Source: an uncultured Clostridia bacterium (GTDB taxonomy: Bacteria > Bacillota > Clostridia > TANB77 > CAG-465). Taken from it: a stretch of DNA of 64,000 bases. The notes under the pieces were generated by a model. It saw nothing but the letters and a program-made list of their open reading frames with translations, made no database searches and was not told the origin of the DNA. The stretch is from contig CANPWO010000004.1 of NCBI GenBank assembly GCA_947584535.1, positions 542 to 64,541 on the forward strand, read 5' to 3'. How positions within the stretch are numbered: position 1 is the stretch's first letter; each line of letters begins with the position of its first letter. The translations under genes and the position numbers were made by a program. This document shows, piece after piece, positions 1-8,402 of this stretch.

Positions 1-122
1 TGAATTTAGATTCAAAAAAAATACTAGTAATAGGAGATAGTGGATTTGATGATATATTCGGTGGAAAAATAAATGGGATGTACACTGCTTTAATAAAAGA
101 TTGTGATGACTATGTATATTAA
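1..122 (+). CDS. 3' end of a HAD-superfamily-like hydrolase gene (5' part outside window)
   Basis: The open frame 3..122 reads ...KKILVIGDSGFDDIFGGKINGMYTALIKDCDDYVY*. The GDSxxD segment resembles HAD motif IV. Only 40 codons are visible. Confidence 0.3.
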   Translation, partial: NLDSKKILVIGDSGFDDIFGGKINGMYTALIKDCDDYVY

Positions 123-246
123 AACTATCTACAATTTAGTAGGTAGTTTTTATATATAAAAATTAAATTTTAGCAATATAATAAATATAATTTATAATAT
201 CGACATAAACTATAATAGAATAAAAAAAATAAAAAGGTGGTTTAAT

Positions 247-1500
247 ATGTCGATAGAATTTATTAAAGCATTATTTAAGGTAATATATTATAGTATTGAT
301 ACATTTATTATTTTTTATGCACTTTATTATATAATAACAGGTATTTTTGCCTTTTTTAACAAGAAGAAAAATATGATTAAAAGCTTTGCTCCAAAATTTA
401 GATTCGCAGTAATAATAGCAGCAAGAAATGAGGAAAAAGTAATAGGTAATTTATTAGATAGCTTAAATAAACAAAATTATCCAAAAGAATTATATGACAT
501 ATTTGTTTTACCAAATAATTGTATAGACGATACAGAGCAAATTGCTAGAAGCTATAAAGCAAATATAATTGAATGTACAACTAGTATAAACTCTAAAGGA
601 GAAGCATTAAAATATGCATTTAATCATCTAAATAATAATTATGATTATGATAGTTATATTGTATTTGATGCAGATAATATAGTACATCCAAATTTTATAA
701 CTAGAATGAATGATACTATATGCTCAGGTTATAAAGTAGCACAAGGATATAGAGATAGCAAAAATCCATCAGATACATGGATTTCAGGTTGTTACTCACT
801 ATTTTATTTTGTACAAAACTATTTTTTTAATCAAGCAAGAATGAATATGGGATGGTCTTCCTCAATTAATGGTACTGGATTTATGGTAGCAAAAGAAGTT
901 ATAGTAAAACAAGGTTTTAATACGATTACTATGACAGAAGATATAGAATTTGCTGCACAATGTGCGTTAAATAATCAAAGGATTGTCTTTGTTAAATCAG
1001 CAATTACTTATGATGAACAGCCTTTAACATTTAAAGAATCGTGGAAACAAAGAAAACGCTGGTCTCTTGGAACACTTCAATGTTTGTATTATTATTCTCC
1101 ATTACTTTTAAAATCTTGGATAAAAAATAAAATACCACAAGGGTTTGACATGGCATTATTCTTTTTAGCACCAATCATTCAGGTAATGTCATTTGTAGTA
1201 ATACTATTGTTAATGTTATATAGTTTACTAGGAATACAGGTGTACGATACAGTAAAGTATATGTATGATAATAAGTTATTTTCAATAATATTTGGGTATA
1301 TAATTAGTATATTTATTTCGTTATTTGTTGTTATAATAGAAAAAAAGAAAATAAAAGATACTATAAAAGGTGTATTTACACTATCACTATTTATGCTTAC
1401 ATGGATACCTATAAATATTATTTGTTTATTTAAGAAAAACTATGAATGGGAACCAATTAAACATCATAGAACAGTTGAAATAGAAAGTATAATTAAATGA
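247..1500 (+). CDS. membrane-bound processive family-2 glycosyltransferase (PgaC/IcaA/cellulose-synthase-like)
   Basis: 417 aa. An N-terminal TM is followed by a GT-A core with DxD (VFDADN), TED (MTEDIEF) and QxxRW (QRKRW) motifs, then several C-terminal TM helices. SD aaggtgg lies 6 nt before the ATG. Confidence 0.8.
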   Translation: MSIEFIKALFKVIYYSIDTFIIFYALYYIITGIFAFFNKKKNMIKSFAPKFRFAVIIAARNEEKVIGNLLDSLNKQNYPKELYDIFVLPNNCIDDTEQIARSYKANIIECTTSINSKGEALKYAFNHLNNNYDYDSYIVFDADNIVHPNFITRMNDTICSGYKVAQGYRDSKNPSDTWISGCYSLFYFVQNYFFNQARMNMGWSSSINGTGFMVAKEVIVKQGFNTITMTEDIEFAAQCALNNQRIVFVKSAITYDEQPLTFKESWKQRKRWSLGTLQCLYYYSPLLLKSWIKNKIPQGFDMALFFLAPIIQVMSFVVILLLMLYSLLGIQVYDTVKYMYDNKLFSIIFGYIISIFISLFVVIIEKKKIKDTIKGVFTLSLFMLTWIPINIICLFKKNYEWEPIKHHRTVEIESIIK

Positions 1501-1525
1501 TTAAGTTATAACAGAAATATAAAAT

Positions 1526-1552
1526 AGGCGAGAAAAATCGTCTATTTTTTTT
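1526..1552 (+). terminator. weak intrinsic terminator after the GT2 gene
   Basis: A 6-bp stem aggcga/tcgtct (one G-U pair) with a 6-nt loop is followed by aTTTTTTTT. Confidence 0.45.
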
Positions 1553-1584
1553 GGCAACTAATATGTTTATGTTTATAAATTATG

Positions 1585-1613
1585 TTGACAGAATAAATTA
1601 TAAATGATATAAT
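1585..1613 (+). promoter_or_regulatory. consensus sigma-A promoter for the first mini-protein paralog
   Basis: TTGACA (1585-1590), a 17-nt spacer, then TATAAT (1608-1613). Confidence 0.6.
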
Positions 1614-1668
1614 AACCCTGTAAATAGATTTAAAATAAATTCTTAATAGAAGAAAGGAGAAATTAGAT

Positions 1669-2121
1669 ATGATTAATATTCTAAGAAGAATAAGAGATTT
1701 TATAGAAATGCATTCTATTATATCTATTATTATAGGCGTATTACTAATTGATATTCTTTTTATTAGCATTTTATCAATAGGTGGTGAATTGAAAGATCTT
1801 TTTTATTATCCAGAAGAAGAATTCGCTTTAATGGAAGAAACAACAAAAGAAATAATTGATTCATCAAAAAATATTAAAACTATTGACTATAACGAATTTG
1901 AAAAAAGAAATTATGAAGTTGAAGTAGATTATGATTCAAATTCAGATTATTATAATTTGAAAATCGAAAATAGCAAGGTATCAATTGAAGTAGAATTTTC
2001 ACTTGTTGATAATACATACAAGATTAAACGAAATAGTTGGTCTATTATTGATAGTTTGTTCCTTTTTGTAGTATTTCCCTTAGCAATAGTTTTTATTCTT
2101 TTTATCATATTTTTTTGGTAA
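1669..2121 (+). CDS. hypothetical bitopic membrane protein, paralog 1 (TM - polar loop - C-terminal TM)
   Basis: 150 aa. SD gaaaggaga is present. The N-terminus reads ILRRIRDF, followed by TM1, a roughly 85-aa polar region with IDYNEFEKRNYEV, and a C-terminal TM (FVVFPLAIVFILFIIFF). It shares this layout with the next two ORFs. Confidence 0.6.
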   Translation: MINILRRIRDFIEMHSIISIIIGVLLIDILFISILSIGGELKDLFYYPEEEFALMEETTKEIIDSSKNIKTIDYNEFEKRNYEVEVDYDSNSDYYNLKIENSKVSIEVEFSLVDNTYKIKRNSWSIIDSLFLFVVFPLAIVFILFIIFFW

Positions 2122-2142
2122 TTATAAGGGAGTGATAGCAAC

Positions 2143-2586
2143 ATGTATACAATTATAAAAAAGATTAGGGATTTTTCTTTAGAAGAAATAGCAATTATTG
2201 CGTTTATAATAATGTTGCTGATTGTTTGTATATATTATTCAATAAGTAATCGCTGGGAAAGAAATTTTTATTGTAATAATGAAATTTTCGAAAAACTGGA
2301 AAATGATGTGACAGATATAGCAAATAATGCAGGAAGTATAAATAATATAGATGTAAATGAACTTGAAGTAAGACGGATAGAATGTTTACAAAGAAAAAGC
2401 AATGAATCTTTATTAAGGTTGTATTATCGTAAGGACAATATATACATTGATGTAGCTGAAGAAAAAAATGGTATAGAAGTAAAAGCATATAAGCAAATAG
2501 GTGAGTATATACTATTTGATTTTATTCTCATCCCAATGTTAGTGACGATAGTTTTTATGTTTTTATACTATGTTTTCTTTATCTAA
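2143..2586 (+). CDS. hypothetical bitopic membrane protein, paralog 2
   Basis: 147 aa. The N-terminus reads IIKKIRDF, the central motif is IDVNELEVRRIEC, and there is a C-terminal TM. It starts 21 nt after paralog 1, with SD aagggag. Confidence 0.6.
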   Translation: MYTIIKKIRDFSLEEIAIIAFIIMLLIVCIYYSISNRWERNFYCNNEIFEKLENDVTDIANNAGSINNIDVNELEVRRIECLQRKSNESLLRLYYRKDNIYIDVAEEKNGIEVKAYKQIGEYILFDFILIPMLVTIVFMFLYYVFFI

Positions 2587-2705
2587 TAGCGTTATATTAA
2601 TAAAAGAGTTAACATTTATCTTATGTTTATAATTTAAGTGTTAGATACTATTAATGTATAATAGAAAATTTTATTTGATTCTAATTAGAAGAAAGGAGAT
2701 ATAAA

Positions 2706-3200
2706 ATGATTGCAATTGTAAAAAAATTTTTTCATAAAGCTTTATTTGAAGAAAATAAAAAGTATATGACATTATTTACAATATTATTCATACTTGTTGT
2801 AGAGTCTATAATATGTATAGTTTATACAGCATCTAATGGCTGGGATAAAATTATTTCTTCATTTTCTTCAAAGGAAGAAATATGTCAAAAAATAGAAACA
2901 GATATAACCAATATAGTAGGCGATAGTAATGATATTTTATCAATAAACTTAAGTGAATTTGAAAAAAGATTATTTAATGTTAATTTTGAATATAATTCTT
3001 CAACTGGTAACAATGATATAGTTTTAAGTTATCCAAAAGAAGAGGTAAATGCAAAAATAAAACAAACGAATAATGGAATAAAAATATCAGTGTTTAAAGA
3101 TGCAGATATTTGGTTTGAAATAGTAATTACCTTTGTACTTTTTCCAATAATTCTTTTTTGTTTTTTGGGGGTAATTATTACATTTATAATTTATAAATGA
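2706..3200 (+). CDS. hypothetical bitopic membrane protein, paralog 3
   Basis: 164 aa. The central motif is INLSEFEKRLFNV and the C-terminal TM contains FVLFPIILF. Its leader (tatgtttataa ... ttagaagaaaggaga) resembles the leader of paralog 1. Confidence 0.6.
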   Translation: MIAIVKKFFHKALFEENKKYMTLFTILFILVVESIICIVYTASNGWDKIISSFSSKEEICQKIETDITNIVGDSNDILSINLSEFEKRLFNVNFEYNSSTGNNDIVLSYPKEEVNAKIKQTNNGIKISVFKDADIWFEIVITFVLFPIILFCFLGVIITFIIYK

Positions 3201-3223
3201 AATTTAAAAAAAAATGATGTTTA

Positions 3224-3266
3224 AAAGTATTGAAATTTATATAATTTATAATTTCAATACTTTTTT
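3224..3266 (+). terminator. intrinsic terminator
   Basis: Arms agtattgaaat / atttcaatact (11 bp) are followed by a T-run. Confidence 0.75.
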
Positions 3267-3267
3267 G

Positions 3268-3323
3268 TTGACATTAAAATTTTTTTATGATATTATATGA
3301 ATATATGAACAATTATTCATATA
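3268..3323 (+). promoter_or_regulatory. sigma-A promoter plus ArsR/SmtB-type operator dyad
   Basis: TTGACA (3268-3273), a 17-nt spacer, then TATTAT (3291-3296). Just downstream lies a perfect 8-6-8 inverted repeat, TATATGAA-caatta-TTCATATA (3302-3323), in front of the repressor gene. Confidence 0.55.
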
Positions 3324-3343
3324 ATATCAAATGGAGGAATATA

Positions 3344-3673
3344 ATGAAAGAAGATAAATGTAAAAAAGATGTATATATACCTGCTGATGATATGTTAATT
3401 GAACTTGCAGATACTTTCAAAGTATTTTCTGATAGTTCGAGAATAAAAATATTATACAGTATGATGGACACTGAAATGTGTGTAAATCACTTAGCTGAAA
3501 AGGTAAAGATGACACAGTCAGCAGTATCACATCAGTTAAAAACATTAAAACAAGCAAGGCTTATTAAGTCTAGAAAAGAAGGAAAAGAGGTATATTATTC
3601 TTTAGATGATGAACACATTGAAAAAATATTAAATATTGTAACAGAGCATATAAAGGAGGCGCAAAATGTGTGA
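3344..3673 (+). CDS. ArsR/SmtB-family metal-sensing repressor (CzrA/CadC-like)
   Basis: The start is moved to the ATG at 3344 (MKEDKCKK), which has SD ggagg 6 nt upstream. The winged-helix segment reads SSRIKILY...QSAVSHQLKTLKQARLI. A C-terminal DEH...(10)...EH pattern resembles an alpha5 Zn/Co site. The gene overlaps the ATPase start by 8 nt. Confidence 0.85.
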   Translation: MKEDKCKKDVYIPADDMLIELADTFKVFSDSSRIKILYSMMDTEMCVNHLAEKVKMTQSAVSHQLKTLKQARLIKSRKEGKEVYYSLDDEHIEKILNIVTEHIKEAQNV

Positions 3674-5525
3674 GCATAGTCATGAAAAAGAAGAAAGTAG
3701 CAATGTAAAAGATTATATATTTGTATTATTGGGTATTGTAGTATTTTTAATTGCTATATTTATAAATCAAACTAATATTTCTGTTATATTATACATTGCA
3801 AGTTACTTACTTATTGGATACGACATTATAATAAAAGCGATAAAAAAACTATTTAAAAGAGATATGTTTGATGAAAATTTTTTAATGGTAGTTGCAACAA
3901 TTGGTGCATTTGCAATTAATGAATATACAGAGGCAATAGCAGTTATTTTGTTATATAAAATAGGTGAATTTTTGCAGGACAGGGCAGTAGATTCATCAAG
4001 AAAGAAAATTTCGTCTGCTATTGATATAAGAGCAAATACTGCAAATTTAAAACTAAAAAATGATATAAAGATAGTTAAGCCAGAAGACTTAAAAATTGGA
4101 GATGTTATACTTGTAAAAACTGGTGAAAAAGTACCTGTAGATAGTGTTTTGCTAAGTAATGTATGTGAACTTGATATGTCTGCTTTAAACGGTGAAAGCA
4201 AACCTGTATCACTTAAAAATAATGAGCAAGTTTTATCAGGGGCAATAAATATTGGAGCTGCAATTGAAGTTAAGGTAGAAAAGACTTTTGAAAACTCAAC
4301 TGTTTCAAAGATTATAGAACTAATTGAATCAGCAAATAAAAAGAAATCTAATACTGAAAAGTTTATTACTAGATTTGCTAAAATATATACTCCAATAGTA
4401 ATCTTAGTTGCAATTGTTATTGCACTATTACCAGTTATAACTAGTATTTCTTTTAATGAGGCATTGCATAAAGCATTTACATTCTTAGTAATATCTTGTC
4501 CTTGTGCACTTGTAATATCTATTCCACTTGGGTTCTTTGTTGGTATAGGTGCAAGTTCGAAAAAAGGAATATTAGTAAAAGGAAGTAAATATATAGATAC
4601 TTTAACACAGATAAGTAGTATTGTATTCGATAAAACTGGTACACTTACAAAAGGAATATTTGAAGTTACAAAAGTTAAATCATACGGTAATTTAAAAGAA
4701 GATGAAATAGTAGAAAATATAGCTATTTGCGAAAGTTATTCAAATCATTATATTGCAAAGTCAATTTTAAAATATTATGATAAAAAAATTGATACAAGTA
4801 ATATAATATCACATGAAGAAATAGCTGGAAAAGGAATAAAAGCTAAGACAAAAGATGGCAATATATATTGTGGTAATTACAAATTAATACAAGAAGAAAA
4901 TATAAATATAGTAGCTGTAGAAGATGTTGGTACGGTAGTTTACTTAGCAATAAATAATGTATGCGAGGGGTATATAATACTATCTGATAAATTAAAAGAT
5001 GATTCATTAAATTTAGTTGCTAGATTAAAAAAATTAGGAATTAAACAAACTGTAATTCTAACAGGTGATAGTGAAGATATAGCAAATGATATTGCTAAAA
5101 AAGTAAATATTGACAAAGTATATGCAAACTTATTACCTCAAGAGAAAGTAGATATATTTAATAGTATAAAAGCAGAGAATAATAACGAGAAAATAGCATA
5201 TGTTGGGGATGGTATTAATGATTCACCTGTACTTTCACTTGCAGATATAGGTATAGCAATGGGGAAAGGCTCAGATATTGCAATTGAGACTTCAGATATT
5301 GTTATAATGTCAGATGAACCTTCAAAACTAATTGATGCTATTAAAATAGCTAAAAAAACTAAGAGAATAATAAAAGAAAATATTAGTTTTGCAATAGCAG
5401 TTAAAGTTGTATTATTAATTTTAAGTGGATTTACATCTATTTCTATGTGGCTTGCAATATTTGCAGATGTAGGTGTTGCACTTATTACAATAGTAAATGC
5501 AATTAGAATATTTTCATATAAATAA
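3666..5525 (+). CDS. cadA: heavy-metal (Zn/Cd/Co-type, P1B) translocating P-type ATPase
   Basis: 619 aa with CPC (SCPCALV), DKTGTLT and GDGINDSP motifs, plus N...K and DVG in the last TM helices. There is no N-terminal CxxC HMA domain. The N-terminus (MCEHSHEKEE) is His/Glu-rich. Confidence 0.9.
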   Translation: MCEHSHEKEESSNVKDYIFVLLGIVVFLIAIFINQTNISVILYIASYLLIGYDIIIKAIKKLFKRDMFDENFLMVVATIGAFAINEYTEAIAVILLYKIGEFLQDRAVDSSRKKISSAIDIRANTANLKLKNDIKIVKPEDLKIGDVILVKTGEKVPVDSVLLSNVCELDMSALNGESKPVSLKNNEQVLSGAINIGAAIEVKVEKTFENSTVSKIIELIESANKKKSNTEKFITRFAKIYTPIVILVAIVIALLPVITSISFNEALHKAFTFLVISCPCALVISIPLGFFVGIGASSKKGILVKGSKYIDTLTQISSIVFDKTGTLTKGIFEVTKVKSYGNLKEDEIVENIAICESYSNHYIAKSILKYYDKKIDTSNIISHEEIAGKGIKAKTKDGNIYCGNYKLIQEENINIVAVEDVGTVVYLAINNVCEGYIILSDKLKDDSLNLVARLKKLGIKQTVILTGDSEDIANDIAKKVNIDKVYANLLPQEKVDIFNSIKAENNNEKIAYVGDGINDSPVLSLADIGIAMGKGSDIAIETSDIVIMSDEPSKLIDAIKIAKKTKRIIKENISFAIAVKVVLLILSGFTSISMWLAIFADVGVALITIVNAIRIFSYK

Positions 5526-5529
5526 GGAA

Positions 5530-5578
5530 ATAATACTCCAATTAAGGAATAAATATCTTAATTGGAGTATTATTTTTT
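5530..5578. terminator. bidirectional intrinsic terminator
   Basis: 15-bp arms aatactccaattaag / cttaattggagtatt sit between convergent genes, with T-runs on both strands. Confidence 0.8.
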
Positions 5579-6020
5579 AAAATTTAGTAAGTAATCTAGC
5601 AAGTCTTGCTATAAACTCAGAATTGCTACATTTACCTTTTTTGGGTATAACACTATAGCCAAAAAGCCACCTGCTTACAGTATCATCCATTCTAGTAAAT
5701 GTTATATCAATAGCATGTCTCATAGATCTTTCTACTCGACTAGGTGTACTATCGTATTTATCGGCAATTTCTTTATATAGTCCAGTAGTTATTTTTTGTA
5801 TTTTATTTTCATCTTTACATACTTCAATAAGTGCGTATTTTATATATTCATATGCTTTTAAATTTGTTGGTACTCCAAGAAAAGGCAATAAAAATTCAAC
5901 TCTAGTTTCAATATCAACTAAATCGTTTAAAGCAAATTCAATTGGCGTATTAATGAAATATTCTGCTACTTCATCTGGTAAAAACTTTATAATTTTTGTT
6001 ATCCTTCTTCTTTTTACCAT
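5577..6020 (-). CDS. stand-alone Spo0A C-terminal (DNA-binding) domain protein, no receiver domain
   Basis: 147 aa. The segment LGVPTNLKAYEYIKYALIEV...TPSRVERSMRHAIDITF...LFGY...SNSEFIARLA matches the Spo0A effector-domain signature (SRVERAIRHAIE, NSEFIA). Only about 50 unrelated residues precede it. Confidence 0.8.
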   Translation of the reverse strand: MVKRRRITKIIKFLPDEVAEYFINTPIEFALNDLVDIETRVEFLLPFLGVPTNLKAYEYIKYALIEVCKDENKIQKITTGLYKEIADKYDSTPSRVERSMRHAIDITFTRMDDTVSRWLFGYSVIPKKGKCSNSEFIARLARLLTKF

Positions 6021-6177
6021 AAAATGTTCCCCCTTTTAAATTGGATGTTCACTCTATAAGTGTATTATATAACAAATATTTGCAAAATACAACATATATT
6101 GTAAAATGTTTTTTTAAAACACACATTTAATGTTTATATTAGATATAATTGGGAATAATATTATTAGGTGAAATCAA

Positions 6178-6831
6178 ATGATAGTTACATATATTATACT
6201 TTCATTACTATTTATTATTTTGTTAGTTTTGTTAATACCTGTAAGAATTAAGCTTAAATATGCAGTAAATACAGATTTTAATAAACAAAAAAAGGAAGAA
6301 GAGTTAAAGACTTTAAATTATGTTGAAATATATATTTTGTATTGTATTAAAATAAAAAAGGTGAAAATAGGTAATACACAAAATGCGGGAAGAAGAAAGA
6401 AAGTTTTAGGAATTATATATAAATTTTTACTTGATTTTTTAAATTTTCAAAAAATAGATGAAGTTATATTAAGAAAAGATGAAATAAAAAAATTAGGTAA
6501 TAGTATATTTATTGAGAAACTAGATTTAAATTTGGGGATAAACCTTAAAAATATTTTGGTAAATGTATATTTAATTTCTACTTTAAATGCTTTAATTAAT
6601 ATGTATTTTGCAAAAAAAGTAGATAAAATGAATTTAGATAAAGTTAGTTATCAAACATATATTTCAAATAAAATACTTAATATTGATGTAGATAGTATAA
6701 TTAGATTTAATTTAGTAAATACTATAATTATAATATTAAAAATAATTATGAGGGTTAGAAAGGTGGTAAAAGAAGATGGAAAAACAACATCCAATAGAAA
6801 GCTTAATGATGACAGCTATGACTTCGCTTGA
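6178..6831 (+). CDS. YtfI-like (DUF2953-type) sporulation membrane protein
   Basis: 217 aa with an N-terminal TM, Lys/Ile-rich. It lies directly upstream of, and overlaps, ytfJ, as in the Bacillus ytfI-ytfJ pair. The call rests mainly on synteny. Confidence 0.5.
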   Translation: MIVTYIILSLLFIILLVLLIPVRIKLKYAVNTDFNKQKKEEELKTLNYVEIYILYCIKIKKVKIGNTQNAGRRKKVLGIIYKFLLDFLNFQKIDEVILRKDEIKKLGNSIFIEKLDLNLGINLKNILVNVYLISTLNALINMYFAKKVDKMNLDKVSYQTYISNKILNIDVDSIIRFNLVNTIIIILKIIMRVRKVVKEDGKTTSNRKLNDDSYDFA

Positions 6832-7258
6832 AAATATGATAGATGTAAATACAATTGTAGGTGATATGCTTACATCACCTGATGGTACAGTTATAATACC
6901 AGTATCAAAGGTTTGTTTTGGCTTTGCAGCAGGTGGTAGTGAATTTAATACAAATAAGTTAAATAAATTTTCTGAAACTGCAAAACTTCCTTTTGGTGGA
7001 GGAAGTGGCGCTGGAGTACATATATCTCCTATGGCATTTTTAGTTGTAAAAGATGGTGTTACAAAACTTATGACTTTAAATGGAGCAAGTCCTGTAGATA
7101 AATTAATAGAACTTGTACCAGATGTAGTAGAAAAAGCAAATAACCTTATTAGTAAAAAAGTTGAGAAACCTGAAAAAGCACTAGAAAATGCTAATAAAAA
7201 TCAAAAAGAGAAACAAGAAGAGAGTCCAGATGATATGGAAGATTGGCATCAAACATAA
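6776..7258 (+). CDS. ytfJ: sporulation protein YtfJ (GerW family)
   Basis: 160 aa. The N-terminus HPIESLMMTAMTSLENMIDVNTIVGDMLTSPDGTVIIPVSKVCFGFAAGGSEF is typical of YtfJ/GerW. SD aaggtgg is present. Confidence 0.85.
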   Translation: MEKQHPIESLMMTAMTSLENMIDVNTIVGDMLTSPDGTVIIPVSKVCFGFAAGGSEFNTNKLNKFSETAKLPFGGGSGAGVHISPMAFLVVKDGVTKLMTLNGASPVDKLIELVPDVVEKANNLISKKVEKPEKALENANKNQKEKQEESPDDMEDWHQT

Positions 7259-7288
7259 GAAAAGAATATATAAAAATAACCACAAGAT

Positions 7289-7591
7289 TTATCTCGTGGT
7301 TATTTTTTTTAGCTTATCGCCTAAACCTATGCAAGCCAAAGCTATCAGCATGCTGCATATCATAGCTATGAAAAAGTATATAGGCTTAAGTGTGCCAGTA
7401 TAGAGACGGTCGTTTGTAATTGCTATCATCATTAAAAATATAACCGTCGCTATAGCCGATACGCAAGTGATGAGTTTAAGTCCAGCTTTTATAAACCGTG
7501 TCCTTGCGCGATAAACTTTTCTCATCTTTCTTGCATCTTTTTTTTGACGCAAGTAGAATAAATCTTTTTCACTCAATGCCGTTGTTTTCAT
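7289..7591 (-). CDS. hypothetical 2-TM small membrane protein in a locally GC-richer patch
   Basis: The start is set at the second ATG (MKTTAL), 9 nt after SD aggag. The N-terminus is basic and is followed by two hydrophobic helices. It uses CGC/GCG/ACG/CCG codons that are rare elsewhere in the window. Confidence 0.5.
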   Translation of the reverse strand: MKTTALSEKDLFYLRQKKDARKMRKVYRARTRFIKAGLKLITCVSAIATVIFLMMIAITNDRLYTGTLKPIYFFIAMICSMLIALACIGLGDKLKKITTR

Positions 7592-7750
7592 AATCATTCA
7601 CTCCTAAAATAATATTTTTTACTATAATTATTATACCACATTTTTGGCAAAATGTCAATTTTACATAAAATTATAAAAAATAAATGAAAATTTTATGTTG
7701 TATTTATTTTTCTTCTATGATAGAATATATATTAAATGGAGGAATAGTTT

Positions 7751-8389
7751 ATGAAAATTGCATTAATAAACGAAAATAGCCAAGCTTCAAAGAATAAGAT
7801 GATATATGAGGCTTTAAAAGAAGTATGTGATAAAAAAGGTTTTGAAGTTATAAATTTTGGTATGTACAATGATGAAGATAAAAATAGTCTTACATATGTT
7901 CAAGTTGGTATACTTAGTGCTATACTATTAAATAGTCAGGCAGTTGATTATGTTGTTACTGGCTGTGGTACAGGGCAGGGAGCTATGCTTGCTTTAAATT
8001 CATTTCCAAATGTAATTTGTGGTCATATAGTTGATCCAAGTGATGCATATATGTTTTCACAAATAAATGATGGAAATGCTATAGCTATACCATTTGCAAA
8101 AGGCTTTGGTTGGGGTGCTGAACTTAATTTAAAATATATATTTGAAAAATTATTTGAAGAAGAAAGTGGCAAAGGTTACCCAAAAGAAAGAGCAATTCCT
8201 GAGCAAAGAAATAAAAAGATTCTTGATGAAGTTAGGGAAATAACTCATAAAGATATATTAGAGATATTAAAAGAACTAGATAGAGACTTGTTAAAAGGTG
8301 CTATATCAGGTGATAAATTTAAAGAGTACTTTTTTGAAAATAGCAAGAATGATGAAATTTCTAGTTTCTTAAAAAGTATAATAGGTTAG
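7751..8389 (+). CDS. RpiB/LacA/LacB-family sugar-phosphate isomerase (long form)
   Basis: 212 aa. The core reads YVVTGCGTGQGAMLALNSFPNV...AIPFAKGFGWGAE, followed by a C-terminal extension. Confidence 0.7.
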   Translation: MKIALINENSQASKNKMIYEALKEVCDKKGFEVINFGMYNDEDKNSLTYVQVGILSAILLNSQAVDYVVTGCGTGQGAMLALNSFPNVICGHIVDPSDAYMFSQINDGNAIAIPFAKGFGWGAELNLKYIFEKLFEEESGKGYPKERAIPEQRNKKILDEVREITHKDILEILKELDRDLLKGAISGDKFKEYFFENSKNDEISSFLKSIIG

Positions 8390-8402
8390 GGGGAAAAGAT
8401 GT

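Noticed and set aside
1542-1769. Minus-strand ORFs 1542-1769, 1950-2144 and 2204-2488 in the mini-protein region.
   Set aside because: They are antisense to the three paralogous plus-strand genes, which have SDs, conserved topology and mutual similarity. The antisense ORFs have none of these.
3803-4201. A 132-aa minus-strand ORF inside cadA. Similar antisense ORFs occur at 8741-8938, 9113-9464, 10543-11019, 11821-12159, 12687-12872, 14079-14726, 15141-15437, 17021-17236, 17787-18011, 18857-19162, 25915-26136, 28878-29102, 37952-38158, 38558-39581, 46551-46951, 48251-48524 and 50977-51270.
   Set aside because: All lie antisense to, or out of frame within, well-supported genes. They have low-complexity S/F/I/L-rich translations typical of shadow ORFs in AT-rich DNA, and they lack SD sequences.
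7188-7403. A 71-aa plus-strand ORF bridging the ytfJ 3' end and the GC-richer patch.
   Set aside because: It overlaps the ytfJ C-terminus out of frame and runs through the shared terminator hairpin. The minus-strand ORF has the SD.
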